Notes: generated by a model not told the origin, from the letters alone. A stretch of DNA of 64,000 nucleotides from Ostreococcus lucimarinus (GCA_000092065.1 CP000586.1), one strand, 5' to 3'; positions 1-10,396 are shown, counted from the stretch's first letter. Numbers and translations: made by a program.

Positions 1-409
1 CACCGCTCGACCCATCGCGGGACGACGCCCGCGCGTTCCGGCACCCCCACGCGCACGTCATCGCTCGCGTCGTCGCTCCGCGCGCCCAGCGCGGCGTCCA
101 GCAGTCTCGACGTGCCGCGCGCGTCCCCGACCGTCGTCGCGAGCGACGCGTGCGCGTCGCCTCGCTGCGCGCGCGCGACGTCGCGCGCGCGCGCGTACGC
201 GTGCGTGAGGTTTCTGTGCGCGCCGAACGCGCTCGCGGCGCGCGCGCGCGCCACCATCGCGCGTCGTCGAATGCGGTCGCGTCCGTTCGGAGTCGTTGCT
301 TTGGAGTCGTCGCTTCGGCGCGTTTGGAGTCAAAACGACGCGCGTCGCGCGCGCGCGAACGCGAGACGGGCGTCGGAGACGGGCGGTCGCGCGCGTCGAC
401 GAACGCGCG

Positions 410-3400
410 ATGGTCGACGCGCGAGACGCGCTCGTAGCGCTCGCGATCGGCGCCGAGGTGTGGATTACGAGCGATGGAAAAGATGGCGACGCGGCGACGC
501 ATCTGCCGGGCGTCGTCGCGTCCGTGCGAGACGATGGACGCGCGTGCGGCGTGAAGGTTGAGGGCGAAGACGGCGAGCGCGAGTGCGACGCGGGAGAGGT
601 GCTGATGCGCGAACGCGCGACGGCGGAGGATATGGTGAAGCTGAACCATCTGCACGAACCGGGCGTGCTCGAAAATTTGCGCGCGCGGTACGCGACGGAT
701 GACATCTACACCTACACCGGGTCGATCCTGATCGCGGTGAACCCGTTCAAGGACGTCGGACACTTGTATGATGAACACATGATGTCGATGTATCGAGGGG
801 CGCGATTGGGAGATCTGAGTCCGCACGTGTACGCCACGGCGGACGCCGCGTACGAGGCGCTGCGGACGGAGGGCGTGTCGCAGAGCGTGCTGGTGAGCGG
901 GGAATCTGGGGCGGGGAAGACAGAGACGGCGAAGTTATTGATGCGGTACATCGCGCACAGATCGTCGTCCGATGAAGACGCGGGTGGAGGTAGGACGACG
1001 CAGGATAAAGTGTTGGAAAGTAATCCGTTGTTGGAAGCGTTTGGGAACGCGAAAACGGTTCGAAACGACAACAGTAGTCGATTTGGAAAGTACGTGGAGC
1101 TTCAATTCGATTCGAAATATCGTATCAGTGGGGCGGCGATCCGTACGTACCTCCTCGAGCGAAGTCGCGTCGTGAAGACGAGCGATCCCGAGCGGAATTT
1201 TCACATCTTTTATCAGCTGTGTGCTGGAGCAGAAGAGAGCGATCGAGAGACTTGGCGATTGAAGGACGCATCTGCTTATAATTACACCAACCAGAGCGCG
1301 TGTTTCGACTTAGATGGCTTGGACAACTCGGAGGAGTACAGACGCACTACGAACGCCATGGACGTGGTCGGCATTACCAAGGCGGAGCAGAAGAGCATCA
1401 TGAGCGTCGTCGCGGGTATTTTGCACTTGGGCAATATTTGTTTCATCGACAATACCGACGACGAAGGCTGTGATTTCGCCAGCGATGCCGCTAAGGGCGC
1501 GTTGGTAGATTGCGCCGCGGTTTTAAAGCTCGATGCCGAAAAGCTCGAGCGCTCCCTTCGCACGAGAAGAATCGTCCTCGCTGATGAAGTCATTCACAAG
1601 CCCCTCTCCGCCGCCGCCGCGACGCACTCGCGCGATGCGCTCGCGAAGAGTCTGTACTCCAAGTTATTCGATTCGCTCGTCGATCGAATCAACATCAGTA
1701 TCGGTCAAGATGCGACGAGCAAAGCGTTCATCGGAGTCCTCGATATCTACGGTTTTGAGAGCTTCGCCGTGAATTCGTTTGAGCAATTCTGCATCAACTT
1801 CGCCAACGAGAAGCTTCAGCAACATTTCAATCAGCACGTCTTCAAGATGGAGCAAGAAGAGTACGAAAGAGAAGGTATCGATTGGTCTTACATCGAATTC
1901 ATCGATAATCAGGACATGCTCGACGTGATCGAGCGGCGTTCGAACGGAATCATATCGTTGCTTGACGAATCGTGCATGCTGGCGTCGAGTACGGATGAGC
2001 AGTTTGCTCAAAAGTTGTACACTGGTCTCAAGGACGAGCAACGCCTCAGCAAGCCCAAGTTGTCTCAAACTGCGTTCACACTTTCTCATTATGCGGGTGA
2101 TGTGACGTATGAGAGTAATACCTTCCTCGACAAGAATAAAGACTTCGTAATCCAAGAGCATGAAGAAATTTTGGCAAGCGGATCCCACGAAGAACTCGTT
2201 AGAATGTTCGCGCTTGGTGATGACTCTTCGGAAACGTCTGGACGAGGAAAGTCGTCTACAAAGTTTAGTTCCGTGAGTACGCGCTTCAAGAAGCAGCTCG
2301 GTGAGCTCATGTCAAAGCTTAACGCGACGGAACCCCATTACATAAGATGCATCAAGCCAAACGCAGCGTCCAAGGCGTCGAGCTTTGAAGGCGCAAACGT
2401 TCTTCAGCAGCTTCGCTGCGGGGGTGTATTGGAGGCCATTCGCATCAGCTGTGCGGGATATCCATCGCGAAAGCCTATCGAGATTTTTCTCGCGCGTTTT
2501 GGTCTCCTTGCTCCGCAAGCAGCCGCGCTGTATTTCGAAGGTCGTGAACGCGAAGCACTCGAAGGGATTTTGCAAGCCGCCAACGTCGATGGATGGCAAA
2601 TCGGCAAAACACAGGTCTTCCTAAGGTCGGGTCAGATGGCTATTTTGGACGTTCTACGCCTGAATAAGCTGAACAAGGCGGCCATCGAGATTCAAAGCAG
2701 GGCGCGCGCGTTCGTCAAACGTAAGCAGTTCACCGAGCTGAGATCGGCTTCGATCAAGGTTGCCGCAGCCGCTCGTGGAATGCTTGCTCGCAAGAGGGTT
2801 CGCAGCATACGGGAGCAAATTGCAGCCGTTCGAATTCAGACTGCATTCAGGGCCATACGTGCGCGAGTTCAATTCGAGCGGACCAAAGACGCGGTGCAAA
2901 AGATTCAGGCAATCGTTCGAGGTGCGAGAGCACGACGAATTCTCCGGCAGACTCGGGCGACAGAAATAACCACGAACAAAGCGGCCACGTGCATCCAGTC
3001 TCACTGGAAAGCTAAGGTTGCTCGCAAGGAATTCAAAGTCGCGAAGGCCAGGGCACGGGAAACTGGTGCGCTTCTCGAAGCGAAGTCGTCGCTTGAGCAG
3101 CAGCTCGAATCTGAGCGAGCCCGCACTGCCATGGAGCAACGCGCCCGTCAAGATGAAAACGCTCGCCACGCCTCGATGGAACAAGAGCTTCGCGCGCGCA
3201 TGGAGACATTGGAAAAGGAACTTGCTATCGCGAGAGAAAGTGTGCACGGAATCGTTGAGTCTCGAGTGTCTGAAGTTACGTCGCAGAAAGATGGCGAAAT
3301 CAACGTGCTCAGGCAATCGTTGGTCGAGCGCGATGCCAAACTCGCAGAGCTGCAAGAGTGGAAAGCAACGAGAGAGGCGCAGTTCGCAGAGCTGAACTCG

Positions 3401-5107
3401 AAACTAGAAGCGATACATCTCGACTCGCTTGCGTCGCCGGCTAAACATTCAATCGCAACCGGTGAAGCGACCATCGCGTCCGCGTCCTCGAGTGCGCTCG
3501 GGGATTTGAACACACGAATCAGCGAAAAGATTGAACTCAACTCAAAATTGCGCCAAGAAAACGACTCGCTTCAGCAAGAGCGTACCGATCTTGAAAGAGT
3601 AGTGAATCAGTTGCGCACAGAGATGAGCGAAATGGAGAAGGAAAACGCAACGATGAAGTCGCAATGTTCGCCTTCGCCGGTGAGGACTGGCGGACGATTC
3701 GCTTCAATTCTCAGCCCGATGTCGCCCATGGACGGGTTGGACACTCTGGAGTCCCCGCGGACTCCAGATACGCCGAATAGCGAAGACGTAGAGGCAGCCC
3801 TCGAACGAGAACAAGCTGAACTGGACGCGCGGAAATTGAAGCTCGAACAAGTCCGCTCGCACATGGAGTACGCAGTCTTGTTGAACTTCATCGAGAAGGA
3901 CGCGAGGGATGCGGGATTCATGGAGAATGGGACTCCAGTGCTCGCGTGCATTATTTTTAGATGCTTACTCAAATGGGGAACGTTTGAGTTGGATAGAACG
4001 AGTCTGTTCGACAAGATCATGGATGCTATCAACATAAGTTTGGAGGACGCAGGCGAAGATTACGCGGCGCTGACTTACTGGCTCACTAATGCGTTTATTC
4101 TCCTGCAGCTCTTGCAGCGAACGCTCAAGACGACCGCGTCGGGTAGCAAAGAAAACCGAAGGAAAAGTGGCGGTCTATTCGATCGGCTGAACTCTCGGTT
4201 TGTGCGCGCTACGACGCCGGTGTCGACATCGTCTCCTGGCGTGAAAGGTGTCTCGCACATCGACGCCAAATATCCGGCGTTTCTGTTCAAGCAGCAGCTG
4301 GCGGCGCTCGTGGAAAAGATTTATGGCACTCTACGAGACCGTGTGAAAAAGGACGTAACTCCACAGTTTGCTACTTGCATTCAAGCCCCGAGACAGCGTT
4401 CAGGTACGGCAACTCTTGCACGCAGTGCGTCGGGCGTCCTTCGCCCCGAGTTGGGTCAAGGCTGGATGCGAATCTTGGACACGTTGGACGAAACCGTCAA
4501 GGCGATGGCTTTAAATAATGTCCCCCAGGCACTCAGCAAACGTTTCTTCGTTCAAGTATTTTGTTTTATAAACGTTCAAATGTTCAACGCCCTTCTTCTC
4601 CGGCGCGAATGTTGCTCGTTTTCGAACGGTGAGTACATCAAGATGGGTCTATCTCTTTTCGATTCATGGGCTCGCAAGCCCCAAAACGAAGCCGTCGGCG
4701 AAGACTCCTTGGATGAATTGAGATTTATTCGCCAGGCTGTCAATCTACTAGTGATCCACCAAAAGCCGCAGAAGACTTTGAATGAAATAACCTTGGAGCT
4801 ATGCCCTCAACTCAGCATTCAGCAGCTTTACAGAATCAGCACGATGTACTGGGACGACAAGTACGGCACGGAATCCGTCAACGCCGAGGTTTTGAGCGAA
4901 ATGCGAATTAGAATGAAGGAAGATAACAGTTCGCATGCGAGTAACTCATTTCTACTCGACGATGATAGTAGTGTACAGTTCAGCATCGACGAAAATCTCG
5001 ATGCGCAAGCGATCAGTATACAGCTCGACGGCGGTTTCGGCCTTCCGGGAACTTTTCTCGAGAATCCGTCCTTCGCGTTTCTACTTGCACGACCGAGCGA
5101 ACAGTGA
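410..5107 (+). CDS. Myosin heavy chain, class XI (myosin V-like). It has a motor domain with P-loop GESGAGKTE, about 5 IQ motifs, a coiled coil and a C-terminal DIL (dilute) cargo-binding domain
   Basis: Continuous ORF 296..5107. The first ATG is at 410 (MVDARDALV..., the myosin N-terminal SH3-like region). Motor signatures GESGAGKTE and LEAFGNAKT, IQxxxRxxxxR repeats at about 2690-3010, and a DIL-like tail. A TGTAA signal lies 15 nt after the stop. Confidence 0.85.
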   Translation: MVDARDALVALAIGAEVWITSDGKDGDAATHLPGVVASVRDDGRACGVKVEGEDGERECDAGEVLMRERATAEDMVKLNHLHEPGVLENLRARYATDDIYTYTGSILIAVNPFKDVGHLYDEHMMSMYRGARLGDLSPHVYATADAAYEALRTEGVSQSVLVSGESGAGKTETAKLLMRYIAHRSSSDEDAGGGRTTQDKVLESNPLLEAFGNAKTVRNDNSSRFGKYVELQFDSKYRISGAAIRTYLLERSRVVKTSDPERNFHIFYQLCAGAEESDRETWRLKDASAYNYTNQSACFDLDGLDNSEEYRRTTNAMDVVGITKAEQKSIMSVVAGILHLGNICFIDNTDDEGCDFASDAAKGALVDCAAVLKLDAEKLERSLRTRRIVLADEVIHKPLSAAAATHSRDALAKSLYSKLFDSLVDRINISIGQDATSKAFIGVLDIYGFESFAVNSFEQFCINFANEKLQQHFNQHVFKMEQEEYEREGIDWSYIEFIDNQDMLDVIERRSNGIISLLDESCMLASSTDEQFAQKLYTGLKDEQRLSKPKLSQTAFTLSHYAGDVTYESNTFLDKNKDFVIQEHEEILASGSHEELVRMFALGDDSSETSGRGKSSTKFSSVSTRFKKQLGELMSKLNATEPHYIRCIKPNAASKASSFEGANVLQQLRCGGVLEAIRISCAGYPSRKPIEIFLARFGLLAPQAAALYFEGREREALEGILQAANVDGWQIGKTQVFLRSGQMAILDVLRLNKLNKAAIEIQSRARAFVKRKQFTELRSASIKVAAAARGMLARKRVRSIREQIAAVRIQTAFRAIRARVQFERTKDAVQKIQAIVRGARARRILRQTRATEITTNKAATCIQSHWKAKVARKEFKVAKARARETGALLEAKSSLEQQLESERARTAMEQRARQDENARHASMEQELRARMETLEKELAIARESVHGIVESRVSEVTSQKDGEINVLRQSLVERDAKLAELQEWKATREAQFAELNSKLEAIHLDSLASPAKHSIATGEATIASASSSALGDLNTRISEKIELNSKLRQENDSLQQERTDLERVVNQLRTEMSEMEKENATMKSQCSPSPVRTGGRFASILSPMSPMDGLDTLESPRTPDTPNSEDVEAALEREQAELDARKLKLEQVRSHMEYAVLLNFIEKDARDAGFMENGTPVLACIIFRCLLKWGTFELDRTSLFDKIMDAINISLEDAGEDYAALTYWLTNAFILLQLLQRTLKTTASGSKENRRKSGGLFDRLNSRFVRATTPVSTSSPGVKGVSHIDAKYPAFLFKQQLAALVEKIYGTLRDRVKKDVTPQFATCIQAPRQRSGTATLARSASGVLRPELGQGWMRILDTLDETVKAMALNNVPQALSKRFFVQVFCFINVQMFNALLLRRECCSFSNGEYIKMGLSLFDSWARKPQNEAVGEDSLDELRFIRQAVNLLVIHQKPQKTLNEITLELCPQLSIQQLYRISTMYWDDKYGTESVNAEVLSEMRIRMKEDNSSHASNSFLLDDDSSVQFSIDENLDAQAISIQLDGGFGLPGTFLENPSFAFLLARPSEQ

Positions 5108-5121
5108 CGAAGAATTTAGCT

Positions 5122-5126
5122 TGTAA
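5122..5126 (+). promoter_or_regulatory. TGTAA putative poly(A) signal for the myosin gene
   Basis: TGTAA pentamer 15 nt downstream of the TGA at 5105..5107. TGTAA is the characteristic green-algal polyadenylation signal. Confidence 0.45.
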
Positions 5127-5177
5127 TGACAACGATACACTAGATTAACGGATACAAAAATTTACTCGAGAGCAGGT

Positions 5178-6785
5178 TCATTCCTCGGTGATGGTCAACT
5201 TGGCTTCGCCGAGACTTCCTAAGTCTCCAGGAAGCAACGGAGCACTGGAGCGCCCTGGACTTTGCGATGGAGATGGAGTTAGGCTGCCGTCACTAGTCGA
5301 CGACCGCCGACTAGTCGCGACGGAAGTAGGCTTCGCGTCGGTTTCCATGATTTCGCTGAGCACCATGGCAAATCGAGCCGCATCGCCAGCGCGAACGCGC
5401 ATTTCCATTTGACTCTCGCTGCCCGACTTGTCTTTGAACCTGAAAATCGTCGTTTGGAACTCGGTGTACGATGAACCGCCGTGCATGGACCTGTCGAGCC
5501 CATTACATTCTCTGTCGGCCGACACTCGGAGTGCATTGAAGTACTTGAGTACAGCGAGCACGGCCAGCGCCGTGACGGACACCCAAGCGCATAAGGCGAG
5601 TAGGAACACCAAGGCTGCGCCGAAGACGGCGCCGCCGTGCGAGCATCCGTACAACAACCCGCAACCCTTGTAAGAATCGCCGTAAAAGTGCTTGAGGAAC
5701 TTCGGCGCACTGAAAAGCGCGGAGGCGACGATGCCCCAAATACCGCCAAAAAAGTGTACGGCGACGGCGTCGACGACATCATCGAGCTTCTTGCGCACCA
5801 TAAAGTCCGACGCCCAGACGTATAAAACTCCGGCGACGACGCCGATGACGAGGGACACGCCAATCTCTACGAACGCCGCGCCCCCGGAAGAGCTCACGAG
5901 AGCGGTGAGGATACCGTTGATCATTCGAGCCGGACGAACGCGACTGCGATCGCGATACATATCGATACAGACCACGGTGATACCGCCGAGGCAACCCGAG
6001 AGCGCGGTGACGAGACCGACGCGCGCAACCGTGATCAAATGCTCTTCGGCGAGCGTCCGCACGCTGCCGCAATTGAACCCGAACCACCCGTACCACATGA
6101 GCATGCCTCCGATCACCTGATACACCGGGTTCTGCTGAGGCATATCGTTCGCCCGTCGTCCGTGAGAGAACCGCCCCGCGCGCGCGCCGACGACGTACAC
6201 CGCCCAGAGCGCGCACAGTCCCCCCGTCACGTGCACCACGCCCGATCCCGCGTAATCCAGCACCCCGACGTCGAACAACACCCTCCCACCCCCCCTGACC
6301 GGATTCGCCCACCCGTTCTCCGCCCACGCCCAGTGCGAGACGATCGGAAAGATGACCCCCGCCACCACGCTCGACAAAACCGCGTACGACTGAAACGGAA
6401 ACCGCTCCGCCACCGCCCCCGACACGATCGTCGCGCTCGTCGCCGCGAAGCACGCCGAAAAGAACGCGTTCGCGTGCGCCCCCGCCGCCGTCGCGTGATT
6501 CGCGCTGTCAAACTTCGCCGACCGCATCCCGAACCCGTCCCTGCCCGCGAACCCGTCCTCGCCCGCGCCCCACGCCAGCCCGTACCCGACCGCGTAATAC
6601 GCCACCCCGCTCGCGCACAGGTCCAAGACGTTCTTCACCAGCACGCTCTTCGTGTTCCGGATCGACACGCTCCCGACCTCGAGCAGCGCGAACCCGATCG
6701 ACATCGCGAACACCAGCGTGGCGCAGTACATGAAGAAGACCGCGTCCACCTTTTGCACGTCCAGCGTCACCTGCATCCCCGCCAT
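5178..6785 (-). CDS. AMT: Ammonium transporter, Amt/MEP family (AMT1-type)
   Basis: The minus-strand ORF 5178..7841 is real only from the ATG at 6785 (MAGMQVTLDVQKVD...). Upstream of that the ORF is Arg-rich junk. It has 11 predicted TM helices and the Amt signature DYAGSGVVHVTGG. The C-terminal tail ends ...GEAKLTITEE. Confidence 0.85.
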   Translation of the reverse strand: MAGMQVTLDVQKVDAVFFMYCATLVFAMSIGFALLEVGSVSIRNTKSVLVKNVLDLCASGVAYYAVGYGLAWGAGEDGFAGRDGFGMRSAKFDSANHATAAGAHANAFFSACFAATSATIVSGAVAERFPFQSYAVLSSVVAGVIFPIVSHWAWAENGWANPVRGGGRVLFDVGVLDYAGSGVVHVTGGLCALWAVYVVGARAGRFSHGRRANDMPQQNPVYQVIGGMLMWYGWFGFNCGSVRTLAEEHLITVARVGLVTALSGCLGGITVVCIDMYRDRSRVRPARMINGILTALVSSSGGAAFVEIGVSLVIGVVAGVLYVWASDFMVRKKLDDVVDAVAVHFFGGIWGIVASALFSAPKFLKHFYGDSYKGCGLLYGCSHGGAVFGAALVFLLALCAWVSVTALAVLAVLKYFNALRVSADRECNGLDRSMHGGSSYTEFQTTIFRFKDKSGSESQMEMRVRAGDAARFAMVLSEIMETDAKPTSVATSRRSSTSDGSLTPSPSQSPGRSSAPLLPGDLGSLGEAKLTITEE

Positions 6786-7091
6786 CGCGCGCGATCGTTC
6801 GTCGCGCGTCCGCGTCGGCGTCCGACGCGGCGCGCGGCGCGCGGCGGCGTCTGACGCGTCGCGCGGCGCGTCGCGACGTCGCGCGCCGAGGCGTCGCGTC
6901 GACCCGAGACACCCGCGTGTGCGGGCGCCACGGATTCGACGCGACCGACCGCGACCGCGCACGACGACGCGCGTCGACGCGCGCGCGACGCCATGCGCGC
7001 GGCGACGCGACGGTGACGACCACACGCGCGTCGCGCCCGACGACGACGCGAGACGACGCGCCGAACGCGGCGCGGCGAAGCCGAACGCGGG
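6786..7091. promoter_or_regulatory. Divergent, bidirectional promoter region of about 300 bp between AMT (minus) and TOP3 (plus)
   Basis: Head-to-head gene starts at 6785 and 7092, separated by a CpG-rich spacer. Confidence 0.4.
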
Positions 7092-9683
7092 ATGCCGACG
7101 CGAATCCTGTGCGTCGCGGAGAAACCGTCGCTGGCGAGCGCGATCGCGAGGACGCTCGCGCGCGGAGGCGATGGAGGCGATCGCGGCGTCGTCGCGCGGC
7201 GAGGGCTGGCGACGGAGGTGCACGAGTTCGCGACGGCGCGAGAGGGGTCGTGGGCGTTCGCGAGCGGGACGCGGGACGGACGCGCGGAGTGGCGGGTGAC
7301 GTCGACGACTGGGCACGTCGCGAGCGTGGAGTTTTCGGCGCGGTATCAGGCGTGGGAGGGGTGCGAACCGGGGGAGCTGTTCGCGGCGGACGTGGTGAAG
7401 CGCGCGGACGGGCGAATGGTGGGGCATCTGGAACGCGAGGCGAGAGGGTGCGATTATCTCGTGTTGTTTCTCGATTGCGACCGGGAGGGGGAGAATATAT
7501 GCTTCGAGGTGATGGAGGCGTGCGCGGGGGGGTTGAAAACGGGAGCGACCGAACCCGGGGCGCCGTCGGCGCGGATTCTGCGCGCCAAGTTTAGCGCGGT
7601 GACGCGAGAGAGCATCGAGCGCGCCATGAGGACGCTCGGCGAACCGAACAGAAACGAGGCGCTCGCCGTGGACGCGAGGCAAGAGTTGGATTTGAAGATG
7701 GGCGTCGCGTTCACGCGATTCCAAACGCAGTATTTTTTGAACAAGTACGATCGCTTGGATGCGCGCGTGGTGTCGTACGGGCCGTGTCAAACCCCCACGC
7801 TCGGTTTCGCCGTGCAGAGACACTTGGAGATTATTCGTCACGTTCCCGAACCGTATTGGGCGCTGGACGCCTCGTTTGACGACGCGGCGACGGGGGACAC
7901 CATCGCGCCGGCGTGGCGACGGACGAGATTGTTTGACGAAGAAACCACGCGCGCGTTTCTCCAGCTCGTGAACGACGCCAACGAGTTCCGAGTCACCTCG
8001 ATTGAGGTCAACGCGGAAAAGCGCGGGCGCCCGAGCGGGCTAAACACGGTCGAGATGCTCAAGGCGGCGTCGGCGGGTTTGGGCATGGGCGCCCACCGTG
8101 CGATGCAAGTCGCCGAGCGTCTGTACATGGCTGGTCATATATCGTACCCACGCACCGAAAGCACGGCGTACCCTCGCGGTTTCGAGTTGAAGCAGACGCT
8201 GACGATTCAAAAGTCCCATCCGACGTGGGGCGCGTTCGTCTCGCGCTTGCTCGACGAAAGTTCGATGACGTCGCCCAAGCGAGGCGTGGACGCGGGTGAT
8301 CACCCACCGATAACGCCGATGCGTGCGAGTACGGAAGACCAAGTGGGAGGCGGTGAGGCGTGGCGGCTGTACGACTTCATATCGCGACATTTCATCGCGA
8401 GCGTATCGCCCGACTGCGAATACGAGACGCAAACCGCGACGTTGGACGCCGGCGGCGAAGAGTTTACGCTGCAGGGTAAGCGCGTTATCGAGCACGGGTG
8501 GACGGAGATCATGCCGCACAGGATGATCGAAGATAGTTCATTGCCCGTCTGCGTCGTCCAAGGCGCGAGAATACCTCTCAAGTCGGTACGATTGCGAAGC
8601 GAATCAACATCTCCGCCAGAGTACTTGACGGAGAGCGAACTCATCGGCTTGATGGAGAAGAACGGCATCGGCACGGATGCGTCAATACCGACGCACATCA
8701 ACAACATCCAAGTGCGCAAGTACGTCGATGTCGCAAAAGGCCGTCGAATAGTGCCGAGCCAGCTCGGGATCACGCTCGTTCAAGGATATCACGCCATTGA
8801 CTCCGAGCTCGTGTTGCCCACGGTGCGTCGGCACGTCGAGCGACAGCTGGATCTCGTCGCCAAAGGTCAGGCCCCGTACGAGGGTGTGGTCGCTCATATT
8901 CTCGCCCAGATGTTCGACAAGTTCAACTACTTCACCACAAACATCGCCGCCATGGATGCGCTCTTCGAAGCGTCATTTTCGCACACGACGACGGAGTCTA
9001 CGCCGTACTCCAAGTGCGGTCGGTGTTCGAGATATCTCAAACTCGTCGGCGCGACCGGGCGCATTCAGCGTCTCTACTGTCCGACCGAGGAGGTGGTTTA
9101 CGAACTCCCGATCGGCGGCGTGTTCAAACAACACAACGGTCGCACGTGCGCGATATGTGGCTTCGAACTGTTGATAGTTTCCCAAAAAGGCACGGGGCGC
9201 GCGTATCCGCTGTGTCCGTTTTGTTTCAACCATCCCCCGTTCGAGGGCGCGCCTCGAATTAAGGCTTTACTCCGAGGCTCACCGCACCCGCGCGAGCACC
9301 CAGTCGCGGACGACGTGAGCGTATCAACGTGTCCCGAGTGCGCGGCGTCGAATAGACCGGGCGTGTTGATGCTCGATCCCGCGGCGACGTCGCCCGGAAA
9401 GCTGTACTGCTCGAGCGCGGCGTGCGACGTCCTCGTTCGACTGCCGCCTAGCGTGAAACGAAGCGCCGTGAGCCACGACGCCGAGTGCGCAGCGTGCGAG
9501 GCGAAGTGTTTAGATCTCGAGATGTTCAACGGGGATAAGGCAACGGTGTGTCTGAGATGTGAGGATGAGTTGAGCGAATCCGTTCGCGTCGTCCGAGTCA
9601 AGCCGCCGAGCTCGGGTCGCGGCGGAAGAGGTCGCGGCGGAAGAGGCGGCCGGGGACGGGACGACGAACGGCGACGCGAGTGA
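7092..9683 (+). CDS. TOP3: DNA topoisomerase III (type IA, Top3alpha-like). It has a C-terminal zinc-ribbon/GRF-type C4 finger and an RGG-rich tail
   Basis: ATG at 7092. N-terminal Toprim LCVAEKPSLASAIA and the type IA core. Four C4 zinc-ribbon motifs in the C-terminal third and a terminal RGGRGRGGRGGRG. A single ORF. Confidence 0.85.
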   Translation: MPTRILCVAEKPSLASAIARTLARGGDGGDRGVVARRGLATEVHEFATAREGSWAFASGTRDGRAEWRVTSTTGHVASVEFSARYQAWEGCEPGELFAADVVKRADGRMVGHLEREARGCDYLVLFLDCDREGENICFEVMEACAGGLKTGATEPGAPSARILRAKFSAVTRESIERAMRTLGEPNRNEALAVDARQELDLKMGVAFTRFQTQYFLNKYDRLDARVVSYGPCQTPTLGFAVQRHLEIIRHVPEPYWALDASFDDAATGDTIAPAWRRTRLFDEETTRAFLQLVNDANEFRVTSIEVNAEKRGRPSGLNTVEMLKAASAGLGMGAHRAMQVAERLYMAGHISYPRTESTAYPRGFELKQTLTIQKSHPTWGAFVSRLLDESSMTSPKRGVDAGDHPPITPMRASTEDQVGGGEAWRLYDFISRHFIASVSPDCEYETQTATLDAGGEEFTLQGKRVIEHGWTEIMPHRMIEDSSLPVCVVQGARIPLKSVRLRSESTSPPEYLTESELIGLMEKNGIGTDASIPTHINNIQVRKYVDVAKGRRIVPSQLGITLVQGYHAIDSELVLPTVRRHVERQLDLVAKGQAPYEGVVAHILAQMFDKFNYFTTNIAAMDALFEASFSHTTTESTPYSKCGRCSRYLKLVGATGRIQRLYCPTEEVVYELPIGGVFKQHNGRTCAICGFELLIVSQKGTGRAYPLCPFCFNHPPFEGAPRIKALLRGSPHPREHPVADDVSVSTCPECAASNRPGVLMLDPAATSPGKLYCSSAACDVLVRLPPSVKRSAVSHDAECAACEAKCLDLEMFNGDKATVCLRCEDELSESVRVVRVKPPSSGRGGRGRGGRGGRGRDDERRRE

Positions 9684-9688
9684 CATGT

Positions 9689-9752
9689 AGGCAGTAGCTC
9701 AGTAGCTCTAACGAGAACAGAGGCAATAGCTCAGTAGCTCTAACGAGAACGA
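9689..9752. repeat. Tandem 32-bp direct repeat, 2 copies (aggca[g/a]tagctcagtagctctaacgagaac..). It sits in the shared 3' region of TOP3 and RPL14, immediately after the TOP3 stop
   Basis: Copies at 9689..9720 and 9721..9752 with 3 mismatches. Each contains an internal cagtagct doublet. A TGTAA follows at 9758. Confidence 0.8.
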
Positions 9753-9757
9753 TTGAA

Positions 9758-9762
9758 TGTAA
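9758..9762 (+). promoter_or_regulatory. TGTAA putative poly(A) signal for TOP3
   Basis: TGTAA 75 nt downstream of the TOP3 stop, in an AT-richer stretch. Confidence 0.45.
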
Positions 9763-9865
9763 AATATTTCAAAGCCCGCGAGCTCATCGTCCGTCGCCGG
9801 TTTATCTTCTAGTATTGTAGCTACGACGTCTGGCGAGGCTCATCTAACGAGCGCCTCCATTCGAT

Positions 9866-10144
9866 TTACGCAGCGAGCGCCTTCTTGATGAGAGCGCTGC
9901 GCTTCGTGCGCGCGAGCGCAACCTTGAATCGTTCAAAGTCCGTGAGATTCGCGCGCGCGTTTTGTCGCGCAATCTTCTTGCCCCACGCGCTCTTCGCCCA
10001 AGAGCCCTCGACGTCGGCGCTCTTCCACGCCGCCGCGAGCGCCGCCTCGTCGCACTTTCGCTCGACGTCAACCTTCATGTCCGTGATCGCCACTCGACGA
10101 AGGCTGATCACGTCGCGCTTGACACCCGGAGCCGCGACGAGCAC
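9866..10144 (-). CDS. RPL14: 60S ribosomal protein eL14 (RPL14), exon 3 of 3 (VLVAAPGVKRD...KKALAA, plus stop)
   Basis: Collinear homology to eL14: LVDGP...QAWxKADxxxKWAxxxWAKKIxxxxxxAxxTDFDRFKV aligns with LVAAPG...AAWKSADVEGSWAKSAWGKKIARQNARANLTDFERFKV. An AG acceptor (tag) lies at 10145..10147. TAA stop at 9866..9868. Confidence 0.8.
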   Translation of the reverse strand: MLVAAPGVKRDVISLRRVAITDMKVDVERKCDEAALAAAWKSADVEGSWAKSAWGKKIARQNARANLTDFERFKVALARTKRSALIKKALAA

Positions 10145-10297
10145 CTACGACCATTCACGAAACCGCACATCATCGTCAGTCATCCATCCCCCGTCCCGTT
10201 CGCGGCGCGCGCTGTTTAGGGTCTGCCCTCGCGTTAGGGTCATCCCCATCGCGCGTCTCCTCGACCCCGTTCGCGTACGCGCGGCGCTCGCACGCAC
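10145..10297 (-). other. RPL14: RPL14 intron 2 (153 nt), phase 0
   Basis: Donor AGG|GTGCGT, a gactgacga branch motif about 35 nt upstream of the acceptor, and acceptor tcgtag|GTG. An in-frame stop confirms it is not coding. Confidence 0.75.
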
Positions 10298-10396
10298 CCT
10301 GTTCATGTCCACGATATCGACGATCACCAAAAGCTTCCCATATCGGGCGTCCGCCTTGAGGTTGCACAGCGCGACGCGGCCGATCTCGACGTTTCT
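10298..10396 (-). CDS. RPL14: RPL14 exon 2 (RNVEIGRVALCNLKADARYGKLLVIVDIVDMNR)
   Basis: Matches the eL14 core RFVEIGRVALVNYGxDYGKLVVIVDVVDQNR. It is flanked by the acceptor cgaacag| and the donor |gtgcgt. Confidence 0.8.

Noticed and set aside
58-705. 215-aa minus-strand ORF, plus overlapping ORFs at 112..561 and 150..437, upstream of and across the myosin start
   Set aside because: Extreme Arg/Ala/Ser composition, no homology, several begin with GTG, and they sit in or antisense to the CpG-rich 5' region of myosin. Typical GC-rich shadow ORFs.
5779-7023. ORFs 5779..6453(-), 6039..6854(+), 6508..7023(-), 6652..7299(+), 6917..7594(+). They are 170-270 aa and overlap AMT and TOP3
   Set aside because: Out-of-frame or antisense shadows of real genes, Gly/Arg-rich, with no conserved motifs.
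6786-7841. 5' two-fifths of the 887-aa minus ORF 5178..7841 (the AMT ORF)
   Set aside because: Upstream of the ATG at 6785 the translation is Arg/Pro-rich nonsense, and it overlaps the divergent TOP3 promoter and CDS. The Amt homology starts exactly at MAGMQVTLD.
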